Positions 10,320-22,617 of a stretch of 32,000 nt of DNA are shown here, piece by piece (the stretch's first letter is position 1; each line of letters starts with the position of its first letter). This DNA comes from Mycobacterium tuberculosis H37Rv (GTDB lineage: Bacteria; Actinomycetota; Actinomycetes; Mycobacteriales; Mycobacteriaceae). The position numbers and the translations under genes are program-made. Below the pieces are notes generated by a model that had not been told where the DNA came from, ran no database searches, and worked only from the letters and a program-made list of their open reading frames with translations. Where the stretch lies: assembly GCF_000195955.2 (NCBI RefSeq), contig NC_000962.3, positions 720,001 to 752,000 on the forward strand. Reading direction: 5' to 3'.

Positions 10320-11033
10320 TCAGCCGCCCATCAACATTCGCCATTGATCGAGACTTGCGGGGCGATAAACGTAATTGGAACGCTTGACCTCCGACAGCGA
10401 CGCACTTGGCTCGGCCGAATACCAGTGCCCGGGAAAGACGGTTGGGTCACCCGGAAGCTCGGCGAGCTGTCGCAGGCTGCGGTACATCTCGTCGGAATCA
10501 CCGCCGGGAAAGTCTGTGCGTCCACAGCCTTCCAGGAATAGCGTGTCACCGGCGACCAGCCGGCCGTCGAGTAGAAAGCACTGACTGCCTGGGGTATGCC
10601 CGGGTGTGTGCAGCAGCTCGATGTCGATGTCGCCGACGCTGACCTTGTCCCCATGCTCATGGGTGATCAGGTCGCCGACAGGAATCCCAGTGACTCGCGA
10701 AACCCACAGCGCTTCATGGGTGTTCACGTGCACGGGTACAGATGCCCGCTCCAGCAGCTCAGCCAGTCCCGGCAGCTGAAAACCCATCATCGAGCCGCCC
10801 ACATGGTCTGGATGATGGTGGGTCACCAGCACACCCGATAGCTGCATATCGTCGGATTCGAGCGCGTCGAGCAGATCCCCGGCAGCGTAGGCCGGGTCGA
10901 CCACCACGCAGTCCCCGGTTGTGCGATCTCCGATCAGGTAGGCAAAGTTGCGCATTTGCGTCGCGAACATGTCGCCGACGGCGAAATCGCGACCGGAGAG
11001 CAGTTGACGGAAGTACAGCCGGTCCTTGGACAC
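10320..11033 (-). CDS. Metallo-beta-lactamase-fold hydrolase, glyoxalase II-like
   Basis: 237-aa ORF with a GTG start at 11033. HxHxDH motif (THHHPDHVGG) and downstream HTPGHTPG, typical of hydroxyacylglutathione hydrolases. Confidence 0.85.
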   Translation of the reverse strand: MSKDRLYFRQLLSGRDFAVGDMFATQMRNFAYLIGDRTTGDCVVVDPAYAAGDLLDALESDDMQLSGVLVTHHHPDHVGGSMMGFQLPGLAELLERASVPVHVNTHEALWVSRVTGIPVGDLITHEHGDKVSVGDIDIELLHTPGHTPGSQCFLLDGRLVAGDTLFLEGCGRTDFPGGDSDEMYRSLRQLAELPGDPTVFPGHWYSAEPSASLSEVKRSNYVYRPASLDQWRMLMGG

Positions 11034-11112
11034 GCAACCAGCCTATGTCTTGTCCATCGCCGCCCAGACCGCGTCTTGGCGTTTGCAGCCCGGGACACGT
11101 TAATGCGGAGTC

Positions 11113-11364
11113 TTGGGGTCTGACTGTGGGTGCGGTGGGTATCTTTGGTCCATGCTGAAGAGGGTCGAGATAGAGGTTGATGACGACCTTATCCAAAAGG
11201 TCATCCGGCGGTACCGTGTGAAGGGTGCGCGCGAGGCTGTCAACCTTGCGCTGCGAACGTTGCTCGGCGAGGCGGATACCGCGGAGCATGGGCACGATGA
11301 CGAGTACGACGAGTTCAGCGATCCCAATGCCTGGGTTCCGCGGCGGAGCCGCGACACAGGGTGA
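11113..11364 (+). CDS. Small VapB-like (type II antitoxin-like) DNA-binding protein with no adjacent toxin
   Basis: ORF 11113..11364 has a TTG start. The family-like sequence begins at ATG 11152 (MLKRVEIEVDDDLIQKVIRRYRVKGAREAVNLALRTLLGE), which I consider the more likely start (70 aa). The N-terminal pattern h-x-I-x-h-DD-x-L...K-x-x-A-V-N-x-A-L-R-x-L matches my memory of VapB antitoxins such as VapB15. The tail is acidic. Confidence 0.65.
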   Translation: MGSDCGCGGYLWSMLKRVEIEVDDDLIQKVIRRYRVKGAREAVNLALRTLLGEADTAEHGHDDEYDEFSDPNAWVPRRSRDTG

Positions 11365-11493
11365 TCCCGTCCAATCTTGGACGACTTGGTCCGTAGCTGC
11401 ATGGGTGGCACCGGTGGTTTGGTGGCGTTGCGCGCCAGGCTGTACCCTCTTTTAGGCCCGCGGCACGACCCGACTGGTCGCTACGGGTGAGCG

Positions 11494-11566
11494 GCCCCCT
11501 TAGCTCAGTCGGCAGAGCGTTTCCATGGTAAGGAAAAGGTCAACGGTTCGATTCCGTTAGGGGGCT
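11494..11566 (+). tRNA. thrT: tRNA-Thr (anticodon GGT)
   Basis: Hand-folded cloverleaf. Acceptor GCCCCCT/AGGGGGC, D-stem GCTC/GAGC, anticodon stem TTTCC/GGAAA with loop ATGGTAA, T-arm AACGG-TTCGATT-CCGTT. 73 nt, CCA not encoded. Confidence 0.95.
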
Positions 11567-11602
11567 CGGCGGACGCCGGGCAGGCTGGCGGTGCGTACCA
11601 GA

Positions 11603-11676
<74 letters not shown>

Positions 11677-11711
11677 CAACACAACAGCAAGACTCGTTAG
11701 AGAGAACGGAT

Positions 11712-11879
11712 ATGGCTTCCAGTACCGACGTGCGGCCGAAGATCACTTTGGCATGCGAGGTGTGCAAGCACCGTAACTACATCACCAAAAAGAACCGCCG
11801 CAACGACCCGGACCGGCTGGAGCTGAAGAAGTTCTGCCCGAATTGCGGCAAACACCAGGCGCACCGCGAGACGCGGTAA
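11712..11879 (+). CDS. rpmG2: 50S ribosomal protein L33 (zinc-ribbon, C+ form)
   Basis: Absent from the ORF track (55 aa). ATG 11712 to TAA 11877-11879 gives [56 protein letters not shown]33 family with both CxxC pairs. Confidence 0.92.
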
Positions 11880-11929
11880 CCGCCGACCCGCGAGCAGTTG
11901 CTGAGACTGACTAGGTAGGTTCTACAGCC

Positions 11930-12406
11930 GTGGCGTTGAGCGCAGACATCGTTGGGATGCATTACCGGTATCCCGACCACTACGAGGTGGAGCGGGAGAA
12001 GATTCGCGAGTACGCCGTCGCCGTTCAAAACGACGACGCGTGGTATTTCGAGGAGGACGGCGCCGCCGAACTCGGGTATAAGGGCTTGCTGGCTCCGTTG
12101 ACGTTTATCTGTGTGTTCGGCTACAAGGCCCAGGCGGCGTTCTTCAAGCATGCGAACATCGCGACCGCGGAGGCGCAGATCGTCCAGGTAGACCAAGTGC
12201 TGAAATTCGAGAAACCGATCGTGGCGGGCGACAAGCTGTACTGCGACGTCTATGTGGATTCGGTGCGTGAGGCGCACGGCACCCAGATCATCGTGACCAA
12301 GAACATCGTCACCAACGAGGAAGGTGACCTCGTGCAGGAGACCTATACGACCCTGGCGGGCCGTGCCGGCGAGGATGGAGAGGGATTTTCTGATGGCGCT
12401 GCGTGA
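11930..12406 (+). CDS. hadA: (3R)-hydroxyacyl-ACP dehydratase subunit HadA (FAS-II, hot-dog fold, non-catalytic)
   Basis: 158-aa ORF with a GTG start. MaoC-like fold without the hydratase-2 motif. Paralogous to hadC (ADIVGMHYRYPDHYEVEREKIREYA vs TDIRGMIWRYPDYFIVGREQCREFA). Confidence 0.9.
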   Translation: MALSADIVGMHYRYPDHYEVEREKIREYAVAVQNDDAWYFEEDGAAELGYKGLLAPLTFICVFGYKAQAAFFKHANIATAEAQIVQVDQVLKFEKPIVAGDKLYCDVYVDSVREAHGTQIIVTKNIVTNEEGDLVQETYTTLAGRAGEDGEGFSDGAA

Positions 12407-12821
12407 GTTCAGCTCGGTGAAGGTCGGAGACCAGCTTCCGGAGAAGACCTACCCGCTGACCCGCCAGGATCTGGTGAACTACGCCGGAGTTTCGGGTGAC
12501 TTGAACCCGATTCACTGGGACGACGAGATCGCCAAGGTCGTCGGGCTGGACACCGCGATCGCTCACGGCATGTTGACGATGGGGATCGGCGGTGGCTACG
12601 TCACATCCTGGGTTGGCGACCCGGGCGCGGTCACCGAGTACAACGTGCGGTTCACTGCGGTGGTTCCGGTGCCCAATGACGGCAAGGGCGCCGAGCTGGT
12701 GTTCAACGGTCGGGTGAAATCGGTTGATCCTGAGAGCAAGTCGGTGACCATCGCACTCACCGCTACTACCGGCGGCAAGAAGATTTTCGGGCGGGCCATC
12801 GCCTCGGCGAAGTTAGCGTAG
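12393..12821 (+). CDS. hadB: (3R)-hydroxyacyl-ACP dehydratase catalytic subunit HadB
   Basis: ORF 12324..12821 trimmed to ATG 12393 (MALREFSSVKVGD..., 142 aa), with a 14-nt overlap with hadA. Hydratase-2 motif YAGVSGDLNPIHWDDEIA. Confidence 0.9.
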   Translation: MALREFSSVKVGDQLPEKTYPLTRQDLVNYAGVSGDLNPIHWDDEIAKVVGLDTAIAHGMLTMGIGGGYVTSWVGDPGAVTEYNVRFTAVVPVPNDGKGAELVFNGRVKSVDPESKSVTIALTATTGGKKIFGRAIASAKLA

Positions 12822-12824
12822 TTT

Positions 12825-13325
12825 ATGGCGCTCAAGACCGATATCCGCGGGATGATTTGGCGGTACCCGGACTACTTCATCGTGGGCCGTGAGCAATGCC
12901 GCGAGTTTGCCCGAGCTGTCAAGTGCGACCACCCGGCCTTTTTCAGCGAGGAAGCGGCCGCCGACCTCGGTTACGACGCGCTGGTTGCTCCGCTGACCTT
13001 CGTGACGATCCTCGCCAAATATGTGCAACTGGACTTCTTCCGCCACGTCGACGTGGGCATGGAGACGATGCAGATCGTTCAGGTCGACCAGCGGTTCGTG
13101 TTCCACAAACCCGTGCTCGCCGGGGACAAGTTGTGGGCTCGGATGGACATCCATTCGGTGGACGAGCGGTTCGGCGCAGACATCGTCGTTACCAGAAACC
13201 TCTGCACCAACGACGACGGTGAGCTGGTCATGGAGGCCTACACCACGCTGATGGGCCAGCAGGGTGATGGTTCCGCCAGACTCAAATGGGACAAGGAATC
13301 CGGGCAGGTCATCAGGACCGCGTAA
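12825..13325 (+). CDS. hadC: (3R)-hydroxyacyl-ACP dehydratase subunit HadC
   Basis: 166-aa ORF. The ATG lies 3 nt after the hadB stop. HadA paralogue without the catalytic motif. Confidence 0.9.
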   Translation: MALKTDIRGMIWRYPDYFIVGREQCREFARAVKCDHPAFFSEEAAADLGYDALVAPLTFVTILAKYVQLDFFRHVDVGMETMQIVQVDQRFVFHKPVLAGDKLWARMDIHSVDERFGADIVVTRNLCTNDDGELVMEAYTTLMGQQGDGSARLKWDKESGQVIRTA

Positions 13326-13523
13326 TTAGCAACTGGCCGCTGCGGCCATGTACACTCGGACCTCGGGGTTTTCCCAACATCGGCGCGCTTTCCGTGAGTT
13401 CAACGAGCGGAGTGTCGTCTCCACTTTCGGTTCGCGATCACCGAACGGAGGGCGCGCGTGTCATGTGAGCCCCGGCGTAGTGGGTTGGCCAGGGCCTGGT
13501 CTGGTCTTGCCTGCCAACCGCGA

Positions 13524-13596
<73 letters not shown>

Positions 13597-13736
13597 CTGA
13601 AGGCGAACGTTCGACGACGATGCAGGCACGGCCTGAAGAGGAGACGGACCATAGGTATGTGCCATGGTGGACACTGGAAGGTGCCCCACCAGAGCGGAAC
13701 GGCTCGCGGGGTAGCTAGTAAACGAAGGAGCATGCG

Positions 13737-14222
13737 GTGAGCGACGAAGGCGACGTTGCCGACGAGGCCGTAGCCGACGGCGCCGAGAATGCGGACAGCC
13801 GCGGGAGCGGTGGCCGGACGGCCCTGGTGACAAAGCCGGTGGTGCGGCCGCAACGTCCCACCGGCAAGCGGTCGCGGTCGCGTGCGGCAGGAGCCGACGC
13901 AGACGTCGACGTCGAAGAGCCGTCGACCGCGGCTTCGGAAGCTACCGGGGTCGCCAAGGACGATTCGACCACCAAGGCCGTGTCGAAGGCTGCCAGGGCA
14001 AAAAAGGCCAGTAAACCGAAGGCCCGGTCGGTTAACCCGATCGCATTCGTCTACAACTACCTCAAGCAGGTCGTTGCCGAGATGCGGAAGGTAATCTGGC
14101 CGAACCGCAAACAAATGCTTACCTACACGTCGGTGGTGCTGGCGTTTCTGGCCTTCATGGTGGCGCTGGTCGCCGGTGCTGACTTGGGCCTGACCAAGCT
14201 GGTGATGTTGGTGTTCGGCTGA
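13737..14222 (+). CDS. secE: Preprotein translocase subunit SecE
   Basis: 161-aa ORF with a GTG start preceded by GAAGGAG (13724-13730). Long charged low-complexity N-terminus, then a single C-terminal TM helix ([21 protein letters not shown]). Sits directly upstream of nusG. Confidence 0.9.
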
Positions 14223-14235
14223 GGCTCGAGAGTGA

Positions 14236-14970
<735 letters not shown>

Positions 14971-15021
14971 CCCAGCAGGGCAGGCCACACAGGCTGAAAC
15001 AAGGAAGGACATCGACACGTC

Positions 15022-15450
15022 ATGGCCCCGAAGAAGAAGGTCGCCGGGTTGATCAAGCTGCAGATCGTGGCGGGCCAGGCCAACCCTGCCCCGCCAGTGG
15101 GCCCCGCGCTCGGTCAGCACGGCGTCAACATCATGGAGTTCTGCAAGGCGTACAACGCCGCGACGGAGAACCAGCGCGGCAACGTCATCCCGGTGGAGAT
15201 CACCGTTTATGAAGACCGTAGCTTCACTTTCACGCTGAAGACGCCGCCCGCCGCCAAGCTGCTGCTTAAGGCCGCTGGTGTGGCGAAGGGTTCGGCGGAG
15301 CCGCACAAGACCAAGGTCGCCAAAGTCACCTGGGATCAAGTCCGCGAAATCGCCGAGACCAAGAAGACGGACCTCAACGCCAACGACGTCGACGCTGCGG
15401 CCAAGATCATCGCCGGTACCGCTCGGTCGATGGGCATCACCGTCGAATAG
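15022..15450 (+). CDS. rplK: 50S ribosomal protein L11
   Basis: 142-aa ORF with L11 signature [22 protein letters not shown]. Confidence 0.96.
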
Positions 15451-15516
15451 GGCCCTACCCGTGGGAGGGCCAGCTTCGGCCCGCTGAGTAACCACGACCC
15501 ATAGATTGGATATCAA

Positions 15517-16224
15517 ATGAGCAAGACCAGCAAGGCATATCGCGCCGCCGCCGCGAAGGTGGACCGCACCAACCTCTACACCCCGCTGCAGGCGGCCAAG
15601 CTTGCCAAAGAGACCTCGTCGACCAAGCAGGACGCGACCGTCGAGGTGGCGATCCGGCTTGGCGTCGACCCGCGTAAGGCAGACCAGATGGTTCGCGGCA
15701 CGGTCAACCTGCCACACGGCACTGGTAAGACTGCCCGCGTCGCGGTATTCGCGGTTGGTGAAAAGGCCGATGCTGCCGTTGCCGCGGGGGCGGATGTTGT
15801 CGGGAGTGACGATCTGATCGAGAGGATTCAGGGCGGCTGGCTGGAATTCGATGCCGCGATCGCGACACCGGATCAGATGGCCAAAGTCGGTCGCATCGCT
15901 CGGGTGCTGGGTCCGCGCGGCCTGATGCCCAACCCGAAAACCGGCACCGTCACCGCCGACGTCGCCAAGGCCGTCGCGGACATCAAGGGCGGCAAGATCA
16001 ACTTCCGGGTTGACAAGCAGGCCAACCTGCACTTCGTCATCGGGAAAGCGTCGTTCGACGAGAAGTTGTTGGCGGAGAACTACGGCGCGGCGATCGACGA
16101 GGTGCTGCGGCTCAAGCCGTCCTCGTCGAAGGGCCGCTACCTGAAGAAGATCACCGTGTCGACGACGACGGGCCCGGGCATTCCGGTCGACCCATCCATC
16201 ACCCGCAACTTCGCGGGGGAGTAG
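15517..16224 (+). CDS. rplA: 50S ribosomal protein L1
   Basis: 235-aa ORF. L1 family motifs [11 protein letters not shown] and [17 protein letters not shown]. Confidence 0.96.
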   Translation: MSKTSKAYRAAAAKVDRTNLYTPLQAAKLAKETSSTKQDATVEVAIRLGVDPRKADQMVRGTVNLPHGTGKTARVAVFAVGEKADAAVAAGADVVGSDDLIERIQGGWLEFDAAIATPDQMAKVGRIARVLGPRGLMPNPKTGTVTADVAKAVADIKGGKINFRVDKQANLHFVIGKASFDEKLLAENYGAAIDEVLRLKPSSSKGRYLKKITVSTTTGPGIPVDPSITRNFAGE

Positions 16225-16228
16225 TTTC

Positions 16229-16296
16229 CCCGGCGAGCAGACGCATAAGCCCCCGCACGCACGGCGTGTCGGGGGCTTATGCGTCTGCTCGCCGGG
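16229..16296. terminator. Very strong bidirectional hairpin between convergent rplA and mmaA4 (27 perfect bp plus 5 inner bp, no U-tract)
   Basis: Read directly: 16229-16255 (CCCGGCGAGCAGACGCATAAGCCCCCG) is the exact reverse complement of 16270-16296. Inside the 14-nt centre, CACGC (16256-16260) pairs with GCGTG (16264-16268). It starts 5 nt after the rplA stop and ends 2 nt before the mmaA4 stop. Confidence 0.7.
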
Positions 16297-16297
16297 C

Positions 16298-17203
16298 TTA
16301 GGCCGCGGCACCCGGCTTGAGGTAGGTCACCAGGCTGCAGTCGAGCATCTCGTCGGTGAAGTAGTGCTCGCAGCCACGCAAATACTTCATGTAGCGGTTG
16401 TAGACCTCTTCGGAGGTGACCTCGATGGCCTTGTCCTTATTGGACTGCAGCGTGTCCCCCCAGATCCGCAGCGTCTTGATGTAATGCGGGCGCAACGAGA
16501 GCGGCTCCGGGACGGTGAAACCGGCCTTCTCGCCGTGTTCGACCATCATCTCGGTGGACGGCAGGCGGCCGCCGGGAAATATCTCGGTGACGATGAACTT
16601 GATGAAACGCGCCGTCTCGAAGCTCAGCTTCTTACCGCGGGCCGCCATCTCGTAGGGGTGGTAGCTGACGCTGCTCTGGACGGTCATCCGGCCGTCGGCG
16701 GGCATGATGTTGAAACACCGCTTGAAGAAGTCGTCGTAGTTCTCGTGCCCGAAGTGCTCGAAGGCTTCGATCGACACAATCCGGTCGACGGGTTCGGCGA
16801 AATCCTCCCAGCCTTGCAGCAGCACTTGACGTGAGCGGTTGGTGTCGATCGAAGCCAGCACTTGCTCGCAGCGGGCGTGCTGGTTCTTGGACAACGTCAG
16901 GCCGATGACGTTAACGTCGAACCGCTCGACGGCGCGCCTCATGGTGGTGCCCCAACCGCACCCAATGTCCAGCAGCGTCATGCCCGGCTTGAGGTCCAGC
17001 TTGTCCAGGTTGAGGTCGACCTTGGCGTATTGGGCTTCTTCGAGCGTGAGCTCCGGTGGCTCGAAGTAGGCACAGCTGTAAGTTCGGGTCGGGTCCTGGA
17101 ACAGGGCGAAGAAATCATCGGAGACGTCGTAGTGCGCTTGGATGTCTTCGAAGCGTGTCCGTGTCTTGGTTGGGCTAATCGGTTTCTCGGCCATTCTCGT
17201 CAT
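16298..17203 (-). CDS. mmaA4: Mycolic acid methyltransferase MmaA4 (hydroxymycolate synthase)
   Basis: ORF 16298..17245(-) trimmed to ATG 17203 ([11 protein letters not shown]..., 301 aa). Mycolic-acid/CFA synthase family with SAM motif LLDIGCGWG. Last of four tandem paralogues. Confidence 0.9.
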
Positions 17204-17267
17204 GTTCTCCTGGATGGTGTCAGTTACCGGTGGCTGTGCACCCATAGCCCGTCGGTGGCACGAAAGT

Positions 17268-18149
17268 CTACTTGGCCAGCGTGAACTGGTTGCAGTCGAT
17301 GTAGCCCATTCGGAACGCCTTGGCGCAGCCGGTCAGGTATTTCATGTACCGCTCGTATACCTCTGCGGACTGGATCTCGATGGCCTCGTCCTTGTGCGCT
17401 TGAAGCGCCTCGGCCCACAGGTCAAGAGTCCTGGCGAAGTGCGGTTGCAGGGACTGGATATCGGTAATGGTGAAACCGGCCTTCGTCACATGCTCCTCGA
17501 TCGTCTCGATCGTCGGCAACCGGCCGCCCGGGAAGATGTCGGTCACGATGAACCGGATGAATTTGGCCATCTCCATGGTCAACGGTATGCCGCGCTCGAT
17601 GACCTGCTTTACGTGCAAGCCGGTGATCGAGTGCAGCAGCATCACGCCGTCCGCGGGCATCGCGTTGTAGGCGAACTTGAAGAAGTCATCGTAGCGCTCG
17701 AAACCGAAGTGCTCTATCGCTTCGATGGTTACGATGCGGTCCACCGGCTCGCTGAAGTTGGCCCAGTCGCTCAGCAGTACCCGGTGCGAGCGGTTGGTGT
17801 CGACCTTGTCGAGCACTTGCTGGCAGTAGGCGTGCTGATTTTTCGACAGGGTCAAGCCGACGACGTTGACGTCGTAGCGCTCGACGGCACGCTTCATGAC
17901 CGAACCCCAGCCGCAGCCCACGTCGAGCAGTGTCATTCCCGGTTCTAGCCCCAGCTTGCCCAGGGTTAGGTCCAGCTTGGCGACCTGTGCTTCGTGCAAG
18001 GTCATGTCGTCGCGCTCGAAGTAGGCGCAGCTGTAGGTCCGAGTCGGATCCTGGAACAGCGCGAAGAACGCATCTGAAAGGTCGTAATGGGCTTGGACGT
18101 CGTCGACATTGGACCGAGACTTTGTGGTGCCCGTTGAGTTATCAGACAT
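17268..18149 (-). CDS. mmaA3: Mycolic acid O-methyltransferase MmaA3 (methoxymycolate formation)
   Basis: ORF 17268..18173(-) trimmed to ATG 18149 ([10 protein letters not shown]..., 293 aa). SAM motif LLDVGCGWG. Same family. Confidence 0.9.
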
Positions 18150-18296
18150 GTGTCCTCCCACTGTGAGGGGCACCTTCAGCAGGTGGCCATCCCCGGCACC
18201 CTACACGGTGCATGGCACATCGCCCGCATTCGCGCTCGCATGCGCCGGTCTTTCTCGATCGGGATTTGCCAGATATCACCCTGGCCGGCGCAATCA

Positions 18297-19160
18297 CTAC
18301 TTCGCCAGCGTGAACTGGTTGACGTCGATGTAGCCGACCCGGAACAGCTTGGCGCAGCCGGTCAGGTATTTCATGTACCGCTCGTAGACCTCTTCGGACT
18401 GGATCGCGATGGCCTCGCTTTTGTGTTCCTGCAGCGCCTCGGCCCACAGGTCGAGGGTCCTGGCGTAATGCGGCTGCAGCGACTGGCGGCGAGTCAGCGT
18501 GAAACCCGTCTTCGCCGACTGTTCCTCAACCATTTCAATCGTCGGAGGTTGGCCCCCCGGGAAGATTTCGGTCGCGATGAACTTGAGAAAGCGGGCCAGC
18601 CACAACGTGAGCGGCAAGCCGTGGTCGACCATCTGCTGCCTGGTCAGGCCGGTGATCGTGTGCAGCAGCAACACGCCATCGGGCGGCAGGATTTTGTGGG
18701 CCCGGGCGAAGAAGTCGGCGTGACGATCGTGGCCGAAGTGCTCGAACGCGCCGATCGACACGATGCGGTCGACGGGCTCGTTGAACTGCTCCCATCCCGC
18801 CAGCAACACTCGCCTGTCGCGCGGGGTGTCCATCTCGTCGAACGACTTCTGCACATGGGCGGCCTGGTTCTTCGACAATGTCAGGCCGACGACGTTGACG
18901 TCATACTGCGCGATCGCGCGCCGCATGGTGGCGCCCCAGCCGCAACCGATATCGAGCAGCGTCATGCCGGGCTGCAGACCTAGCTTGCCCAGCGCCAGGT
19001 CGATCTTGGCGATCTGGGCCTCTTCCAGCGTCATGTCCTCGCGTTCGAAATGCGCGCAGCTGTAGGTCTGGGTCGGATCCAGGAACAGCCGGAAGAAGTC
19101 GTCGGACAGGTCGTAGTGTGCCTGCACGTCCTCGAAGTGCGGCGTTAGGTCGTTGACCAT
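18297..19160 (-). CDS. mmaA2: Mycolic acid cyclopropane synthase MmaA2
   Basis: ORF 18297..19250(-) trimmed to ATG 19160 (MVNDLTPHFEDVQ..., 287 aa). SAM motif LLDIGCGWG. Same family. Confidence 0.9.
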   Translation of the reverse strand: MVNDLTPHFEDVQAHYDLSDDFFRLFLDPTQTYSCAHFEREDMTLEEAQIAKIDLALGKLGLQPGMTLLDIGCGWGATMRRAIAQYDVNVVGLTLSKNQAAHVQKSFDEMDTPRDRRVLLAGWEQFNEPVDRIVSIGAFEHFGHDRHADFFARAHKILPPDGVLLLHTITGLTRQQMVDHGLPLTLWLARFLKFIATEIFPGGQPPTIEMVEEQSAKTGFTLTRRQSLQPHYARTLDLWAEALQEHKSEAIAIQSEEVYERYMKYLTGCAKLFRVGYIDVNQFTLAK

Positions 19161-19326
19161 GAGGTGTAATGCCTTTCCGGACCCTAGGTGGCCTTTCGGT
19201 GCTTGCACGGAACGCACCGATGCTTCCCCCTCCCCGCATGCTCGAGGCATGCTATCCGATACAGGGCCGCCGCACTAAACCGCGATCGAATTTGCCCAGG
19301 TCAGGGAACGGATATGAGCGGACGAG

Positions 19327-21139
<1,813 letters not shown>

Positions 21140-21150
21140 CGAGACCTCGC

Positions 21151-22617
21151 CTAAACCTCGATGTCGGATTGATGTTCGCGGCTGACCTCGACCATGAAGT
21201 TGGCGAAATATCCGGTCAGCTGCGGGTCCGACATCATCTGCCACCTCGGCGCCAGCAGCTTCATGTAGCGCTCCACGTACAGGAACTGCTTGCCGATCAG
21301 CACCAGCTCGCGGGGCAGCTTGACGTCGTAGGCGTCGGCCAGCGCCGAGAGCTGGCGGCCGATGTCGGCATATGACATGTCGCCCAGCGATTGCATGGTC
21401 AGCGGGGTGGCGAAGCGCTCCAGGTCTTTGGCGGCCTGGGTCTCGGGCTTCATGGTGCCGACGGCGCCCATGAGCACGACGATCTTGCCGGCGGCTGCGT
21501 GGTCCTTCTTCACCAGCAGCGCATACACCAGCTCGCGGAGTAGCCAGCGGGTGCGTGGATCGATGCGGCCCATGATCCCGAAGTCGAAGAACACGATGCG
21601 GCCCGCCTCGTCGACGTAGAGGTTGCCCGCGTGCAGGTCGCCGTGGAACAGCCCGTGCCGCAGGCCGCCCTCGAACACCGAAAACAGCAGTGCCTTGACC
21701 AGCTCGACACCGTCGAACCCGGCCTTGCGGATCGCGGCGGCGTTGTCGATGCGGATGCCGTGCACCCGTTCCATCGTCAACACCCGCTCGGTGGTGAAGT
21801 CCCAGTGCACCTGCGGCACCCGGATGTTTTTGCCCAGCGGCGAGGCGTGTAGGTGGGAGACCCAGGCCTCCATGGACTGCGCCTCGAGGCGAAAGTCCAG
21901 CTCCTCGGCCAGGTTGTCGGCGAAGTCGGCGACCACGTCTTGTGCCGAGAGCCGCCGGCCCAGCTTGGCCAGTTCGACGGTCTGCGCGAAGCGCTTGAGG
22001 ATCTGCAGGTCGGCGGCAACGCGGCGGCGGATGCCCGGCCGCTGGATCTTGACCACCACCTCCTCGCCGCTGCGCAGGGTCGCGTAGTGCACCTGGGCGA
22101 TGGACGCCGACGCGAACGGCTCTTCCTCGAAGGAGGCGAACAGCCGGGCCGGCTCGTCGCCGAGTTCCTCGACGAAGAGCTTGTGCACCTCGTCGGTTTT
22201 TGCGGGCGGCACCCGGTCGAGCAGGCCGCGGAATTCCCGCGACAGCGACTCACCGAATGCTCCCGGGCTGGACGCGATGATCTGGCCGAACTTCACGTAT
22301 GTCGGTCCCAGATCGGCGAAGGTCTGCGGGAGCTCCTTGATCACCTTCTGTTGCCAGGGCCCTTTTCGGGGGAGCCTGCCGATGAACCGGACGGCGGTGC
22401 GGGTGACCTGCCAACCGGTGGCCGCCACCCGGGCAGCTTCGACCGGCAGCGGTACCCGGTCAAGCTTGGCCACCTCGCGGTGTGTGGTGGAACCCATCTG
22501 AGCAGTGTGCCAAACCGGGGCAGACAGCTCCCAATTGACGTGAGCCCGCTCACTTGCTGGGTAAGCGTCGCCGAATGTGTAATGAGGGCGGAAATCCGGC
22601 CCGATTTCCGCCCTCAT
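21151..22617 (-). CDS. ABC1/UbiB-family atypical protein kinase (Rv0647c-like)
   Basis: 488-aa ORF with family motifs ASASIAQVH and HGDLHAGN. The ATG at 22617 lies inside the right arm of the 70-bp palindrome. Confidence 0.85.
   Translation of the reverse strand: MRAEIGPDFRPHYTFGDAYPASERAHVNWELSAPVWHTAQMGSTTHREVAKLDRVPLPVEAARVAATGWQVTRTAVRFIGRLPRKGPWQQKVIKELPQTFADLGPTYVKFGQIIASSPGAFGESLSREFRGLLDRVPPAKTDEVHKLFVEELGDEPARLFASFEEEPFASASIAQVHYATLRSGEEVVVKIQRPGIRRRVAADLQILKRFAQTVELAKLGRRLSAQDVVADFADNLAEELDFRLEAQSMEAWVSHLHASPLGKNIRVPQVHWDFTTERVLTMERVHGIRIDNAAAIRKAGFDGVELVKALLFSVFEGGLRHGLFHGDLHAGNLYVDEAGRIVFFDFGIMGRIDPRTRWLLRELVYALLVKKDHAAAGKIVVLMGAVGTMKPETQAAKDLERFATPLTMQSLGDMSYADIGRQLSALADAYDVKLPRELVLIGKQFLYVERYMKLLAPRWQMMSDPQLTGYFANFMVEVSREHQSDIEV

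Noticed and set aside
11365-11490. A possible vapC remnant after the VapB-like gene: a short frame from TTG 11377 reading LDDLVRSCMGGTGGLVALRARLYPLLGPRHDPTGRYG.
   Set aside because: It is only 38 codons and bears at best a vague resemblance to the h-h-D-T-S-h start of PIN domains. It ends 3 nt before tRNA-Thr. I cannot distinguish it from chance and note it only as something a synteny comparison could settle.
19237-19253. A small GCATGC-TCGAG-GCATGC hairpin in the mmaA1-mmaA2 spacer, considered as a terminator.
   Set aside because: The stem is only 6 bp, built from a self-complementary hexamer. It has no flanking U-run and nothing distinguishes it from chance.
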